Assembly: GCA_951406725.2 (NCBI GenBank)
Contig: OX597817.1
Coordinates: 119,164,001-119,228,000, forward strand
Length of the DNA: 64,000 nucleotides
Source of the DNA: Octopus vulgaris
Lineage: Eukaryota
Reading direction: 5' to 3'
Positions within the stretch are counted from its first letter, which is position 1. Every line of letters begins with the position of its first letter. Positions 1-11,817 of the stretch are shown piece after piece. The translations under genes and the position numbers were made by a program. Below the pieces are notes generated by a model. That model saw only the letters and a list, made by a program, of their open reading frames with translations, had not been told where the DNA came from and ran no database searches.

Positions 1-2387
1 ACACTTTATGTTTATGAGGAAGACCAAAAGTTGTTGTGGTTCAAAATCTGACAGTGTCTTTATGTACTTTACAACAGATTTGACTTTAATCTCTGTGGTT
101 TAAACAAAAATAAAATAAAAGTAAAGCAGGCTCAGAATTTAAAATCCCTAACAATTCTATTTAAGATTAATCAACAACAGAGACTTGATGGAAACACTTA
201 CTCTGCTAAAAACAGAAGCCAGATTCCATTAAATCACACAATACCATCATAAATAAAGTGAAAAACGACATAGATAAACACAATAAGATGGGTTGGTTAA
301 AACCTGAATTCTTTAATTTCGTCTAACCTGGTGTTAAACAAAACAACTTTAAAAGGAGTGTAGAAGCTAGAATATGCAAGGGGACAATATATAGAACACT
401 TAAGGGTTCAATGAAATCGTTTGCATTTTATGTTTATTTATAAAAAAAAATTCCAATTGTTAAAAAACTGGTAAATGCACATTATTAATTGCAAATTGTA
501 GAAAAGCAATCCAACTGAATTAAACATGCATGGCAACATGTCTGAAGCATATTTCAATGCATCCAGAACAGGATGTAACTCTAATATAATCAAATAATTC
601 TCACCTAAATTAAACATGTGCTATCAACCAATTACAAGCTTAGAGAAAAAGTAATACAAAGATGACTGGGTGAGAGGATGAATAGGAAGCTTATTCAATC
701 AAATGCTGTTTTGCCTAGTTAATTCACTTAGCTCTAGTTACACAAAAGAACACAAAGACTGGAACAGAAATCAATGACAGAGTAAGTTTGCATTTCTGTG
801 CTTCTGATTGGGATACAATACATACATAAACACACACGCACGCACAAACACACACACATACACATACACACATATTGTGGTGATATAGCTTCAATCTACA
901 AATCTTTCTCCTCACAGGTAACATAAAGTGCACTAAGCAATGCCTTTGAAAATCAGCAGCACATGCCACTGTCAAAACATATTGCCAGAATCGGTTTTCT
1001 TCTTAGAGACATCTGTCTCGCTCTTTTTTTTTTTCTTTTTGTACACACTGTGCCAAATTTTTAACTTTCTTATCTATCGGATTCCTCAGGTATGACTGAA
1101 AAGAGGAAACAAAATTCAAATCAGAGTTACTGATGTTTCAACTGTGAATGAATGAGTAACCTTATTTATCACTTTCAATAAGAATATATGTGTACAATAA
1201 TGTTGTACAGTGGTAAGTTCTCAATAGGATGTAATTTTTTAGCTTGCATTTTCAGGCTAAACATCTCTCAGTTATTTAACTGAATTCAAATGAGAGAAAA
1301 ATTAAAGCTCAAATATTAGTGAAAAAAAATGTCCAATAAAGAACTGATTAAAAACTATTGAATTCTAAGAATAAAAGAGCTTGCAAACATTACAGGAAAT
1401 TGTTAAAGCAGGGAACTCCTTCACAGAGAGTAAATGTACAAAGGCATGATGAATGTGTGTATGTATACAGGATTGCAGAGATTAGGGAATATTTAAGAAA
1501 GCTGGTTTAGCATGCATAACTGCTCAAAAGGTTGCTGTGTTGGCATTTCTACCAATTTAATTGATCAGTTAAAGTAATAAGGCAATAAATTCTGGTTTTA
1601 TAATTTAAGTATAGATAAAATCACTGAAAACCAACTTATCCTATATATTAGATAAAATCTTGATAAAATATAAATAAAAACTTGATAATTAATAAATTAT
1701 TGGAAAATTTGTTAGCAAGTGCTCCAATGGGGAGAAAAGCTACACAAATACACTAATAAAAGACTTAGATTATAGCTTTGAATTTGGCATAACAAATTGA
1801 GTGTCCATTTATACAACTGGGTTAGTTTTATACAATGTGCATTTCAGCAGCTGGTGCCAAAACTCTGAGAAGAAAAAGTGTTGCAATAGATACCCTGGAA
1901 TAATTTATCAGAATACATAATCAAACACCTTTCAATCATACCACAGTAAGTGTTCTGTAGCATAACTTTAAAAATTATGAATATCATATCAGCACTAGTT
2001 AACACCGAAATCACCTTTTCTCAAGGGAGAGGAAAAATTACACTATTTCTCCTGAAAAAACTTGTTGTAGAATTTTATCCTATAATTTTGTTGTGGAGTA
2101 ACTTAATTGAAAAGATGCTTTCTGATGCTTTGAATGAAACAGTAGTTTGGAAATGAGCTTTGTAATCATGGGCTTTTCTTTTTTTGATGCCATAGCTACT
2201 ATAAATGATCTCAACATGAAAAAGTTAGAAAAAAAACTTTAAATTATTAATTGTTATGCAACCATAATTTACTAGAAAGTATATTAAACATTTTTATTAG
2301 TCAAAACGGTGCTTCACTGTGTTAATAAAATACCATGTCCCTACAACTCATTACTATGTCTGTTTCAGCAACCAAGAATGTGTTTAA

Positions 2388-2609
2388 CCCTTTTGTTACC
2401 ATATTTCTGTTGAGATGCTCTGTGTTTCTTTCAATTAATTTTAAATATAACAAAGAATTTAGTAAAATAATTTAGTTACCAATAAGCTTGTGTTAGGAAC
2501 ACAAATTCTGACTAAGGTTTGGTTGAAGATTTTAATTCAGAAATTTTGAAAACAAGACATTTGTATCACAGAGCCAGAGGCAGTTTCAGCCGGGTTGGTA
2601 TCAAAAGGG
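2388..2609. mobile_element. piggyBac-type MITE
   Basis: TTAA target duplication (2384-2387, 2610-2613). TIRs CCCTTTTGTTACCA / TGGTATCAAAAGGG. Non-coding 222 bp body; second copy at 47385. Confidence 0.85.
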
Positions 2610-2842
2610 TTAATATGTAAAATTGGTATATCCAATAATGTTACACTGCTACATGCAGTGGCTATTTAAGCAATGAATTCATTGTTGATTAATGAGTTGG
2701 ATGGCTGTTGATGAAAGAACAAGAGCTCCTGGAATATATCATATACACCCATTACTTCCTTTTCATCATCAATCTCGTTGTTGTTGTTTACATCAGGCAT
2801 CTCAGATACAAAACAGCGTAACAAAATCAGTGCTGGCTATAG

Positions 2843-3526
2843 TCATCATCATCATCATCATCGTTTAACGTCCGTTTTCCGCGCTAGCACGGGTTGGACG
2901 GTTCGACCGGGGTCTGGGGAGCCAGGGGCTGCCCCAGGCTCCAGTCTGATCTGGCAGTGTTTCTACAGCTGGATGCCCTTCCTAACGCCAACCACTCCGC
3001 GAGTGTAGTGGGTGCTTTTTACGTGCCACCTGCACAGGTGCCAGAGGGGTCTGGCATCGGCCACGATCAGTTGGTGCTTTTTTTTTTTTTTTTTTTTTTA
3101 TGTGCTACCAGCACAGAAGCCAGTCAAGGAGGTGCTGGCATCGGTCATGTTCGGATGGTGCTTTTTATGTTCCACCGGCACAGAAGCCAGTCGGGGCGGT
3201 GCTGGCATCGGCCACGTTCAGATGGTGCTTTTTATGTGCCACCGGCACAGAAGCCAGTGGAAGCTGCACTGGCAACGGCCACGTTCGGATGGTGCTTTTT
3301 ATGTGTCACCGGCACAGGTATCACAACTACTACTGTTTCCATTGATATTTGGTTCGATGTTCATGTACATGCACTTGACTCAACAGGTCTCCTGAAGCAC
3401 AGCGAGATGTTCCGGGATCCCACGATCGGTTGGTGCTTTTTATGTGCCACCGACACAGAAGCCAGTCGAGGCGGTGCTGGCATCGGTCACGTTTGGATGG
3501 TGCTTTTTATGTGCCACCGGCACAGA
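2843..3526 (-). mobile_element. 3' end of an RTE-type LINE or derived SINE with a tandem ~67 bp unit array and (ATG)n tail
   Basis: (CAT)n tail at 2843-2861, conserved aggaagggcatccagctgtagaaac block, repeated ggtgctttttatgtgccaccggcacagaagccag units (spacing 67 bp at 3157, 3224, 3291). Confidence 0.75.
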
Positions 3527-3748
3527 AATATCAAAATAAGCAACAAGAATGACTCCGGTAATTTAGTACGATCGTTTCGTACTACATCATTTTATTAAAT
3601 GTTGTAAGTATTACAACAGTTTTAAAATGCTGAGCACTCATCAGCCAATTATAGAGGTCTTCCATTAATACAAAAATTTTCATATCAAGTGGCAACATTA
3701 TAGAGAAGGTAGATATATAGACAAAGATGTGGATTTAAATTTTATATA
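3527..3748 (-). mobile_element. Short hammerhead-bearing insertion (Penelope-like pLTR or retrozyme-like) nested in an RTE 3' region
   Basis: About 220 bp AT-rich block carrying the 3559-3651 ribozyme; it interrupts two GC-rich tandem arrays. Boundaries approximate. Confidence 0.55.
3559..3651 (-). ncRNA. Type I hammerhead ribozyme, intact core, extended stem II
   Basis: Minus strand reads UAAUUGG-CUGAUGA-GUGCU...AGUAC-GAAA-CGAUCG-UA/CUAAAUUA. Stem I is 7 bp with one bulge. Stem II GUGCU/AGUAC is extended by CAgCAUUUUA/UAAAAUGaUG and UGUUGUAA/UUACAACA. Stem III is the palindrome ACGAUCGU. Predicted GUA cleavage between 3567 and 3566. Confidence 0.85.
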
Positions 3749-3749
3749 C

Positions 3750-4140
3750 ACGGGGCCAGACAGAGCTGGCAACCGGCCACGAACGGACAGTGCTTTTATG
3801 TGTCACCGGCACGGGGGCCAGCCGAGGCTGGCAACGGACGCGAACGGATGGTGCTTTTATGTGAACGGACACGAGGCGAGGCTGGAAACGAACACGAACG
3901 GATGGTGCTTTTACGTGCCACCGACACAGGGCCAGGCAGAGCTGGCAAACGGCCATGAGCGAATGGTGCTTTTACGTATCACCGGCACGGGTGCCAGACG
4001 AGGCTGACAGCGGACACGAACAGATGGTTCACCTCTGGTCATTTCCTTGGTGAGACCTAGAGTTCGAAGGTCGTGCTTCACCACCTCGACCCAGGTTTTC
4101 CTGGGTCTACCTGGATCTACCTCTTCCACATAGTGTCTAT
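3750..4140 (-). mobile_element. RTE-type LINE ORF C-terminus followed by a tandem ~60 bp unit array
   Basis: Minus frame PGRPRKTWVEVVKHDLRTLGLTKEMTR (RTE C-terminal GRP.KTW motif) abuts about four to five ggcaacggacacgaacggatggtgctttt units. Confidence 0.75.
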
Positions 4141-4819
4141 AGAAAATATGTAGGGTTAATCTTATCAAGTTAAACCCTAAAATATTTTGTTAAGTAGAAG
4201 TAAGATGAGTGAGGGAATGATATAATAACTATTCTTAGACAGTCTGATCATATATTTTGTTAATATACACTATTATATTTCTTTAAAAAAATTTAATTTT
4301 GCATTACGTCAATTTACCTAGCTGTCTGGAATATGCACAGCCCCAAATAAAAGCACTGTTTGTGAAAGATTAGTGTTTTATCCCGGAGGTGGGGATGTAA
4401 GCTTTGATCAACTTCGGTAACACCAAGAAAATAGAGCAAAACAGGAAATACAAAAGACACACAGACATATACACACATATATGCACACTTACAAAAGAGC
4501 AATTGCAATACACTACACCTCACAACATAAAACTGGATTGGAAAACATTAATGGGCAACACATCTATGCTTCAAAGAATTTGCAGCAGATTATTAATAGA
4601 AGCAATAATTACGGTATAGAACAATGTTAAAATAAATGGAAAGATAACATACACTAGTAAAAAAAAAAAAGGCAACTAATATTGTATTAATCTAACAATT
4701 GAAATTAAATTTCAGCATAAACATCTTCACTGGTAATCTTGGCTTTGCCTACTATAAACAGTGATTAACAGATTTCAACATCACTTTGTCCTGATAATGA
4801 GATTATGAAGGTCTATAGA

Positions 4820-5035
4820 TACTGGTTTCAAATGTTGGCACAATGCCAGCAATCTCAGAAGAGGGACTAACTTGATTAAATCAACCCCGGTGTTTAACTA
4901 GTACTTATTTCATCAACACCAAAAGGATAGAAGGCAAAGCTGACCTTGACAGAAATGGAACTGGTAACATGAAGGCAGAAGAAATGCCACTAAGAATTTT
5001 GTCTGACATGCTAACAATTCCACCAGCTCATGGCT
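4820..5035 (-). mobile_element. SINE family B
   Basis: Reverse complement of the 55482 family. Confidence 0.7.
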
Positions 5036-5918
5036 TTCAGGTCTATGAATATTGATAATGGAATGTAGGAACTTCAATGTTCTGATGAAACAGAAAATTA
5101 TATGTGAAGATGAAAAAAGAAAATAACTTTGATAAGAAACATAAAACTAGAACACAGTCACATATTCAACATGACTTATATACATACACATATACTTATT
5201 TACAAACACACACACATACATGCAAGCATGCACACCTATAATCTTCTATAGTCTTCTATCTATCAACATAATGTTTTCTCTACAAAAATATGGCTTTAAT
5301 TATTTTCCTTAAGTTTTTCCAACGATTTTATTAGCGGCTCTAGTAGAGTTCCAAGTTGTGATAATCAAGTATCCAATGATCCACAGTTTGACCATTCAGC
5401 CACTAGTAAATACACCAGGAAAATATTAAGTCAGATTATGTAATAAAACTCACTATCAATAGAATCTTGGGATGTTTGTAATTAAATATTAGCAGTGAAT
5501 TATCTACATATTTTCATAACAAACTTGCAGTTAACCTACATACCCTGATAATTCCTATTCTGTCTTTGTTTGTCTTCTATATTTGTATGTCGATTTCCTT
5601 TCAATGCAAATTATGCAAATACAGACTAACAGCAAACTACAAAGTCTAGTGACAAATATCTAGCAACATATCTGTCTATTTCTTACAGTACTATTAATAT
5701 ACATAACACTAGCTTTATTTATCATCTGCCATTTCTGGTTCTGTCATCAAGTCTTTATAACTCTAAGTTCTGTCTTACTGTATGTATTCCATTTACCTTT
5801 CACATTTCCTCCCTTTCCTCAAACAATTGCCTTAATTACCTATCCATCTTATATCTCTGATCAATTTCTCCATTATTCTCTTATTCCTACACTCACACAA
5901 ACTACATAAATAAATGTA

Positions 5919-6010
<92 letters not shown>

Positions 6011-6024
6011 GTATGTATGTATGT

Positions 6025-6213
6025 CATCGTCAACATCATCATTTAACGTCTATTGTCCAAGCTGGCATGAGTTGGATAGATTGACCAGGGCTGGTAAGTC
6101 GAGGGACTGCACCAGACACCAGTTTGATTTGGTATGGTTCCTATGGCTAGATGCCCACACCAAGCACTCCAAGAGTGTAATGGGTGCTTCTATGTGCCAG
6201 GTGCATGACACCA
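6025..6213 (-). mobile_element. Diverged RTE-related 3' repeat copy
   Basis: catcatttaacgtc...gctggcatgagttgga...ggctagatgccc; a similar copy lies at 50778-50955. Confidence 0.55.
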
Positions 6214-6275
6214 GTATATATATATATATATATTTATGTGTATATATATATCTATCTATATATATATGTATGAGC

Positions 6276-6325
<50 letters not shown>

Positions 6326-6329
<4 letters not shown>

Positions 6330-6535
6330 GTGTCTGTGTGTGTGTTTGTACCCCCACCATTGCTTAACAACTAATATTGCTGGGTTTACATTCCTGTAAC
6401 TTAGCCATTTTGCAAAACACACCCATAGAACAAGTAGTAGGCTAAGAAAGGATAAATCCTGGGTTTGATTTCTTTGACTAAAGGCCTTACCATGCTCCAG
6501 CAAGGCTGGAGTCACATGACCAAAACAAGTAAATC
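6326..6535 (+). mobile_element. SINE family A, 3' half
   Basis: Matches the post-microsatellite half of family A; a similar minus-strand half lies at 39925-40103. Confidence 0.7.
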
Positions 6536-6652
6536 CATGAAAATATATGCCGTTTTATTCCCGAGCAATGCCAGGTATCTTTACTGGTGTATGTGTGTGT
6601 GTATATATCTATCTATATATAATATACATTGTACTTATACATATATATATAT

Positions 6653-6862
6653 GATTCAAAATGTGACCGCATGTGTACCGTTGGCGATTTTTTTTCCTCC
6701 GTCTTCCCTTCTTTGGATCTTTCTTTTTCTTATGTTTCTGACGAAGAGCTCTGCTCGAAATATTAAACCCTCCTTCTTTCCTTCCTTCCTGAGTGTCCAA
6801 TAATACTACATTTGTTCCATGTCCTCGCGTTTTCTCTTTGTGTTTTCATGTTTGCATTAACT
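6653..6862 (+). mobile_element. Solo Penelope-like pseudo-LTR inserted in a (TA)n tract
   Basis: About 210 bp pyrimidine-rich unit containing a minimal hammerhead, with (TA)n on both sides. Confidence 0.6.
6734..6768 (+). ncRNA. Minimal type I hammerhead motif (Penelope-like pLTR type)
   Basis: GUUU-CUGACGA-A-GAGC-UCU-GCUC-GAAA-UA-UU/AAAC. Stem I 4 bp, stem II 4 bp after one extra A, stem III reduced to the palindrome AUAU. Confidence 0.7.
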
Positions 6863-7263
6863 ATATATATATATATAATGTTTATACATATATATGTATA
6901 AACACATGTATGACATATACATGATTTCTTTTTATTTCCCTTTATTTTTTACTTGCCCCTATCATAGTCTGCAATCATAGAGCACAGACTTAAAGGGTTT
7001 AGTCAAACAAGTGACTACACCACTTGCTTTAAATTTTCTTTCCATTCTATGTTCAACTTCACTTTTCCTCCCTTTGTGGTAAATAAAACAATAAAACAAA
7101 ATATCAGTGATGTACCGAAGTTGGTTTTATTAAATAACACCCTCCCCTCAAAACTGCTAGTCTGGTAACCAAATAAGAAATGACTCCTATTAGTCAATTA
7201 GTTAACCAATTAGCTAATCAATTGTTTGATTTAACTGTTTGCTTGATCAACCAATCTCATTTT

Positions 7264-7302
7264 TCAGAGTACTTTTATCATCAATGGTAACCTCATCAGT
7301 GA
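7264..7302 (-). ncRNA. Degenerate hammerhead motif
   Basis: UCA-CUGAUGA-G-GUUACCAUUGAUGAU-AAAA-GUAC-UC/UGA. Stem I 3 bp, wobble-rich stem II, palindrome AGUACU, G12A. Confidence 0.45.
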
Positions 7303-8570
7303 CTTGACCTTATGACATCAGATCTGCCTCAACATTTAAAAAATTTTGGGAATGTAGCTATAATTTTGAGGACATGTATGCATAATTGTGTATGGTGAAT
7401 TAGTGAGTGACCATGTAAGGTTTTGTGCATATAGTTTCATACATTTTCTTATGGCTTTGTGTCTTTGAGAGCAGACTGTGTATGTGTGTGTTTGGATGTG
7501 TACAGACAGACACAGAAATGTGTGTGTATTTATACATCTGTATATGTATGTATGTATGTATATATATATATGCACACATATACATTTATAAACGCTTGAG
7601 TGTATATGTATGTCTATATACAAACACTCACACACACATGCACACACATACACATACACAAATATACATTGTTCATATTCTACTCACACACACATAGAGA
7701 AGCCATTATCACTGAAACCAGCAGCAATTCCATTGTAACCTCTGCAACAAATTGCAACTGCTGTGCTGCTGCAACTGTCACATTGCTACTGCATTCGCAC
7801 AATATACTGATTCCTCACTTAAGAAAAATTCTGAAATAGCTAAGTATAGATATCTTCCAAATTTGAAAAAAAAAAACATCTGTATTTCTATAAAACCAAC
7901 TAGTTATGCAAGAGGATACCCAAAGAGAGTCAACCATAGTGACCTTAAATTTTGGTAAACCTGATGCTGCTTTCAATGATATACTATACAGATTTGGTAT
8001 AACTAGCACCATTGTCAGTAAATGTTGTATATCACTGTATACTGTCAATGTCTACTTCTGTATTTCATTTCCATCATAGGTGAGGTTTACGTTTCAGTAG
8101 GACCATATTTTCACAGATTTCATGGCTTAATACCAAATAAACAAATACTGCGATTCCGAGGCGTAATCTAAATGAGATAAATTTAACTAATTCCTAACAT
8201 CCAAAATAGAAAAGAACTGGAGAAGCTTTTCACCATTATGTAACAGATGACGCGGAAGTGGTCATTACTTTTATTGCTAGAACTACTTTGCTCTGTGTAT
8301 AGTCATATGAATAACTTCTTTATAATTCACTGCTTATTGTATTACAGCTATTTTCCCCCCATAGAAGTGCAGCTAAAATGTTTCCAGTAAACTGGAACTT
8401 AGATGTATATATTTTTTTAAATATTAGTTTCCACTGCTGGATGCATCAATTTCTAGTTCTTTTAAACCCTGTTCTATAATGTACATACTGTATGTTTCAG
8501 CCAGATAAATTGAACTAAGCAGATGACTTGTCCAGAGGTATGTGTGTGTGTGTATACACACAAATGGTTT

Positions 8571-8662
<92 letters not shown>

Positions 8663-8690
8663 CATATATATACATATATATATATATATA

Positions 8691-8983
8691 AAAGCACCAT
8701 CGTAAAAAGCACCATCCGTTCGTGTCCGTTGCCAGCCTCGCCTGGCCCCGTGCCGGTGGCACATAAAAAGCACCATCCGTTCGTGGCCATTTGCCAGCTC
8801 TGTCTGGCACCTGTGCGGGTGGCACGTAAAAGTGGTTGGCGTTAGGAAGGGCATCCAGCTGTAGAAACTCTGCCAGATCTGACTGGGCCTGATGAAGCCT
8901 TCTGGCTTCACAGACCCCAGTTGAACCATCCAACCCATGCTAGCATGGGAAACGGACGCTAAACGATGATGATGATGATGATG
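8691..8983 (+). mobile_element. RTE-related 3' repeat copy with two tandem units and (GAT)n tail
   Basis: aaaagcaccatccgttcgtg units, aggaagggcatccagctgtagaaac, gcatgggaaacggacgctaaac(gat)n. Confidence 0.75.
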
Positions 8984-8984
8984 A

Positions 8985-9053
<69 letters not shown>

Positions 9054-9126
9054 GTATATATATATATATACATATATATACAAATATATACATATACATA
9101 CTCACACACACACATATATATATGTG

Positions 9127-9160
<34 letters not shown>

Positions 9161-9729
9161 AGACAGGCAAGTTGATTTCAATGTCAACATTTATTGTTTT
9201 ACATGTTTGTAGGTAAATGCACAGATACTATCATATATATTCTCATATCTAGAATATGAATTCCACAGCATGGTTTTATGTAGCAATCTGAGGAGACAGG
9301 AAAGATAAAATAAAATAAAATTACCACTGCTTCACATGCACAGCAACACTTAAAAAGGATAATCTGAAAGTATCAGGTGCATTTGTAGGGAGATCCCAAA
9401 ATAAAAACTGAAGAACAGTGTGGAAATATCATAAAAGGAATGAATCCAGAGAAGCTACAATATAAAAATTGGATACACATGCAATACACAGCCACTTATT
9501 CATATGGATAAATATACATACATACGTACCTACCTACATACAAACATATATATATACACACACTATATTGCTACATAGGCTTTAAAAGATATCTGTTTGT
9601 AGATAGCATTTCACGTCTATTTGTAATGCCCCTGGGAAAAGAACATAAATTTTATATCACACTTAACATTCATGCAAAATATGCCACCCTCATATATTTA
9701 TGATAGTAAGTGCATCCCCAACAAGTGTG

Positions 9730-9995
9730 TGTTTAATGTCCGTTTTCCATGCTGTCATGGGTTGGAGGGTTTGACTGAGATCTGGAGAGCCAGCAGCCGC
9801 ACTAAGCTCCAATCTGATCTGGCAATGTATCCACAGCTTGATGTCCTTCCTAATGCCAACTACTGGTTAGTGGGTGTTTTTTACGTGCCACCAGCACAGG
9901 AGCCAGTCAGACAGGCCTAGCATTGCCCATGTTCAGATATTACTTTTTATGTGCCACAGGCAAACCTGGTATCGACCACATTCAGATGGTGTTTT
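9730..9995 (-). mobile_element. RTE-related 3' repeat copy
   Basis: Reverse complement of the family seen at 8691-8983. Confidence 0.7.
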
Positions 9996-10011
9996 TGTGA
10001 GTATGTATGTA

Positions 10012-10103
10012 TTTGAAATTTATAGAAAAACAAAAGACAAAGGCAAGTGTATGAACAACAAGCAAGTGTATTAGTTTGATGCATGGGGAAAGTGAAAAAG
10101 TCT
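10012..10103 (-). mobile_element. Truncated family-2 pseudo-LTR (ends just before the ribozyme motif)
   Basis: gaaatttatagaaaaacaaaagacaaaggcaagtgtatgaacaacaagcaagtgtattagtt matches the other two copies. Confidence 0.5.
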
Positions 10104-11042
10104 TGCATGTATCTATGTATACATGCACTTGAGTCAGATTCAACAATACAAATTCAAGTTATTTCAAAAACACAGCACCATCATTTCACTGAATTATTGC
10201 ATACTCTTTGTGTAATCATCAGACAAAATCAACATCATAATCAGTTTGTGAAGGGATTGGTCTTTTAATATACAGGCACAGAGGGCTTGGGTCCACCTGA
10301 AACTATAGTAGTGTACATTTATCTAAGGTGTTATGCAGTAATGTCATCATAAAGAGCTCAAAATTGCAAAGTAAACTTCTTATGCATTCTGCCAAGACTG
10401 TGCAGAAATGGCTACATAGCAAAGAAGCTTGCTTCTTAATTACTAAATTAAGTGCATGCACACAGTTTGCTCCAGGCCTGTTTGTTATATTTTTTCACAC
10501 TAAATAGTCATGTTTAGATGTATGTTTCATACAACATGTGTGTTATTGTTTAATCCCAAAACACTTCACTATTACAAAATATTTATAAAACTAAGCTTAG
10601 TCTCAGAAGTGCTAGACACAAAATTTGAGTGCTTGATTAACAACAAAAGTATGTCTATCTCTGTGTATGTATACATATACACACACACACACATATATCG
10701 TGAAGTATATTTGCCACCTAAATGTGGCTAACCCTTAGGGGTCGATGCTACTTTAGCTTGTAGTCCCAGGAAGACATCTTCTCCAGCTGGCTATTGACAT
10801 ACTATCTGTGCCCTATCAACATTTGCAAAGGAAATTCATTGTTCCCATCTCCAGCCTCATGTGATAAACATGGATCTGAGTTTCTGGGTACTGACCTGTC
10901 ATTAGCGGTGTGACAATCACCAGTTGGCAATGGGAAGTGGTTCTCAATGCAAAATATATATATTTTTGCAGTGACGAAAAGTCACTGGAGAGAGAGAGAA
11001 AGAGAGAGTGTGTTCTGTTGTTCATCTAGCACTCAAGTTTCG

Positions 11043-11081
<39 letters not shown>

Positions 11082-11779
11082 GGACTCTACATAACGTATT
11101 GAGTAGTCTGTTTTTTTACCATTTGGAATTCAAAATGCATATATCATGTATTCATATACATGTGGGGAGAAGAATATGATGAGTAGGTTTGTGTACATAT
11201 ATTCATTTTTATATTCTGATTATATAACTTCTGAAATATATTAATTTATTTTAAACCCTGAGTAAAGAAAGAATTTGTTTTGTTAAGCATTATAGTTGGT
11301 TGCAATATAAACCATGTGTTAGAGTCCAAGCAAAGATGCATAACAAAAAAAAAATGATCAAATGCAGCCTTTATGGGTGAATTAGAAAAATGAGACTTTT
11401 AAAACTGTTAACTAAATAATTGATCAAAAGCATACTACATTTAAAAGGTGCTATTAAATAGATGCAAGAGTTGAGATTTTCAAAGGCTTTTACTTATGTG
11501 ATACATTTTAACTTGTAAATTATATTAGAATGTATTGAAATTTTCACTCCAAAGTTTTGTTCTAGTCTAATTTTTTTTTATTTTTTCACACTAAATAGTC
11601 ATGTCTAGATGTATATTTTATACATAAAAAGTATATCCAGCCGTATATGTGTATGTCTATATATATATATATATATATATATACGTGTGTGTGTACTTAT
11701 GGTCATGGTTTGAATATATTTCATCATATGTACATATGTACACACACACACACACACATTTATATATATACATATATAG

Positions 11780-11817
<38 letters not shown>

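Noticed and set aside
2664-2840. Minus-strand acidic ORF (MPDVNNNNEIDDEKEV...)
   Set aside because: No splice support or recognisable domain; may be a transposase scrap.
2894-3598. 234 aa ORF and overlapping ORFs with repeated [10 protein letters not shown] / [10 protein letters not shown]
   Set aside because: Read-through of the 67 bp tandem array, open in several frames; non-coding repeat.
3011-4030. Regularly spaced hairpin repeats resembling a CRISPR array
   Set aside because: The intervening sequences are themselves repeated, there are no cas genes, and the context is a eukaryotic retroelement.
10295-10315. GAAA-CTATAG-TA palindrome
   Set aside because: Part of a decayed SINE A copy; no CUGANGA core upstream.
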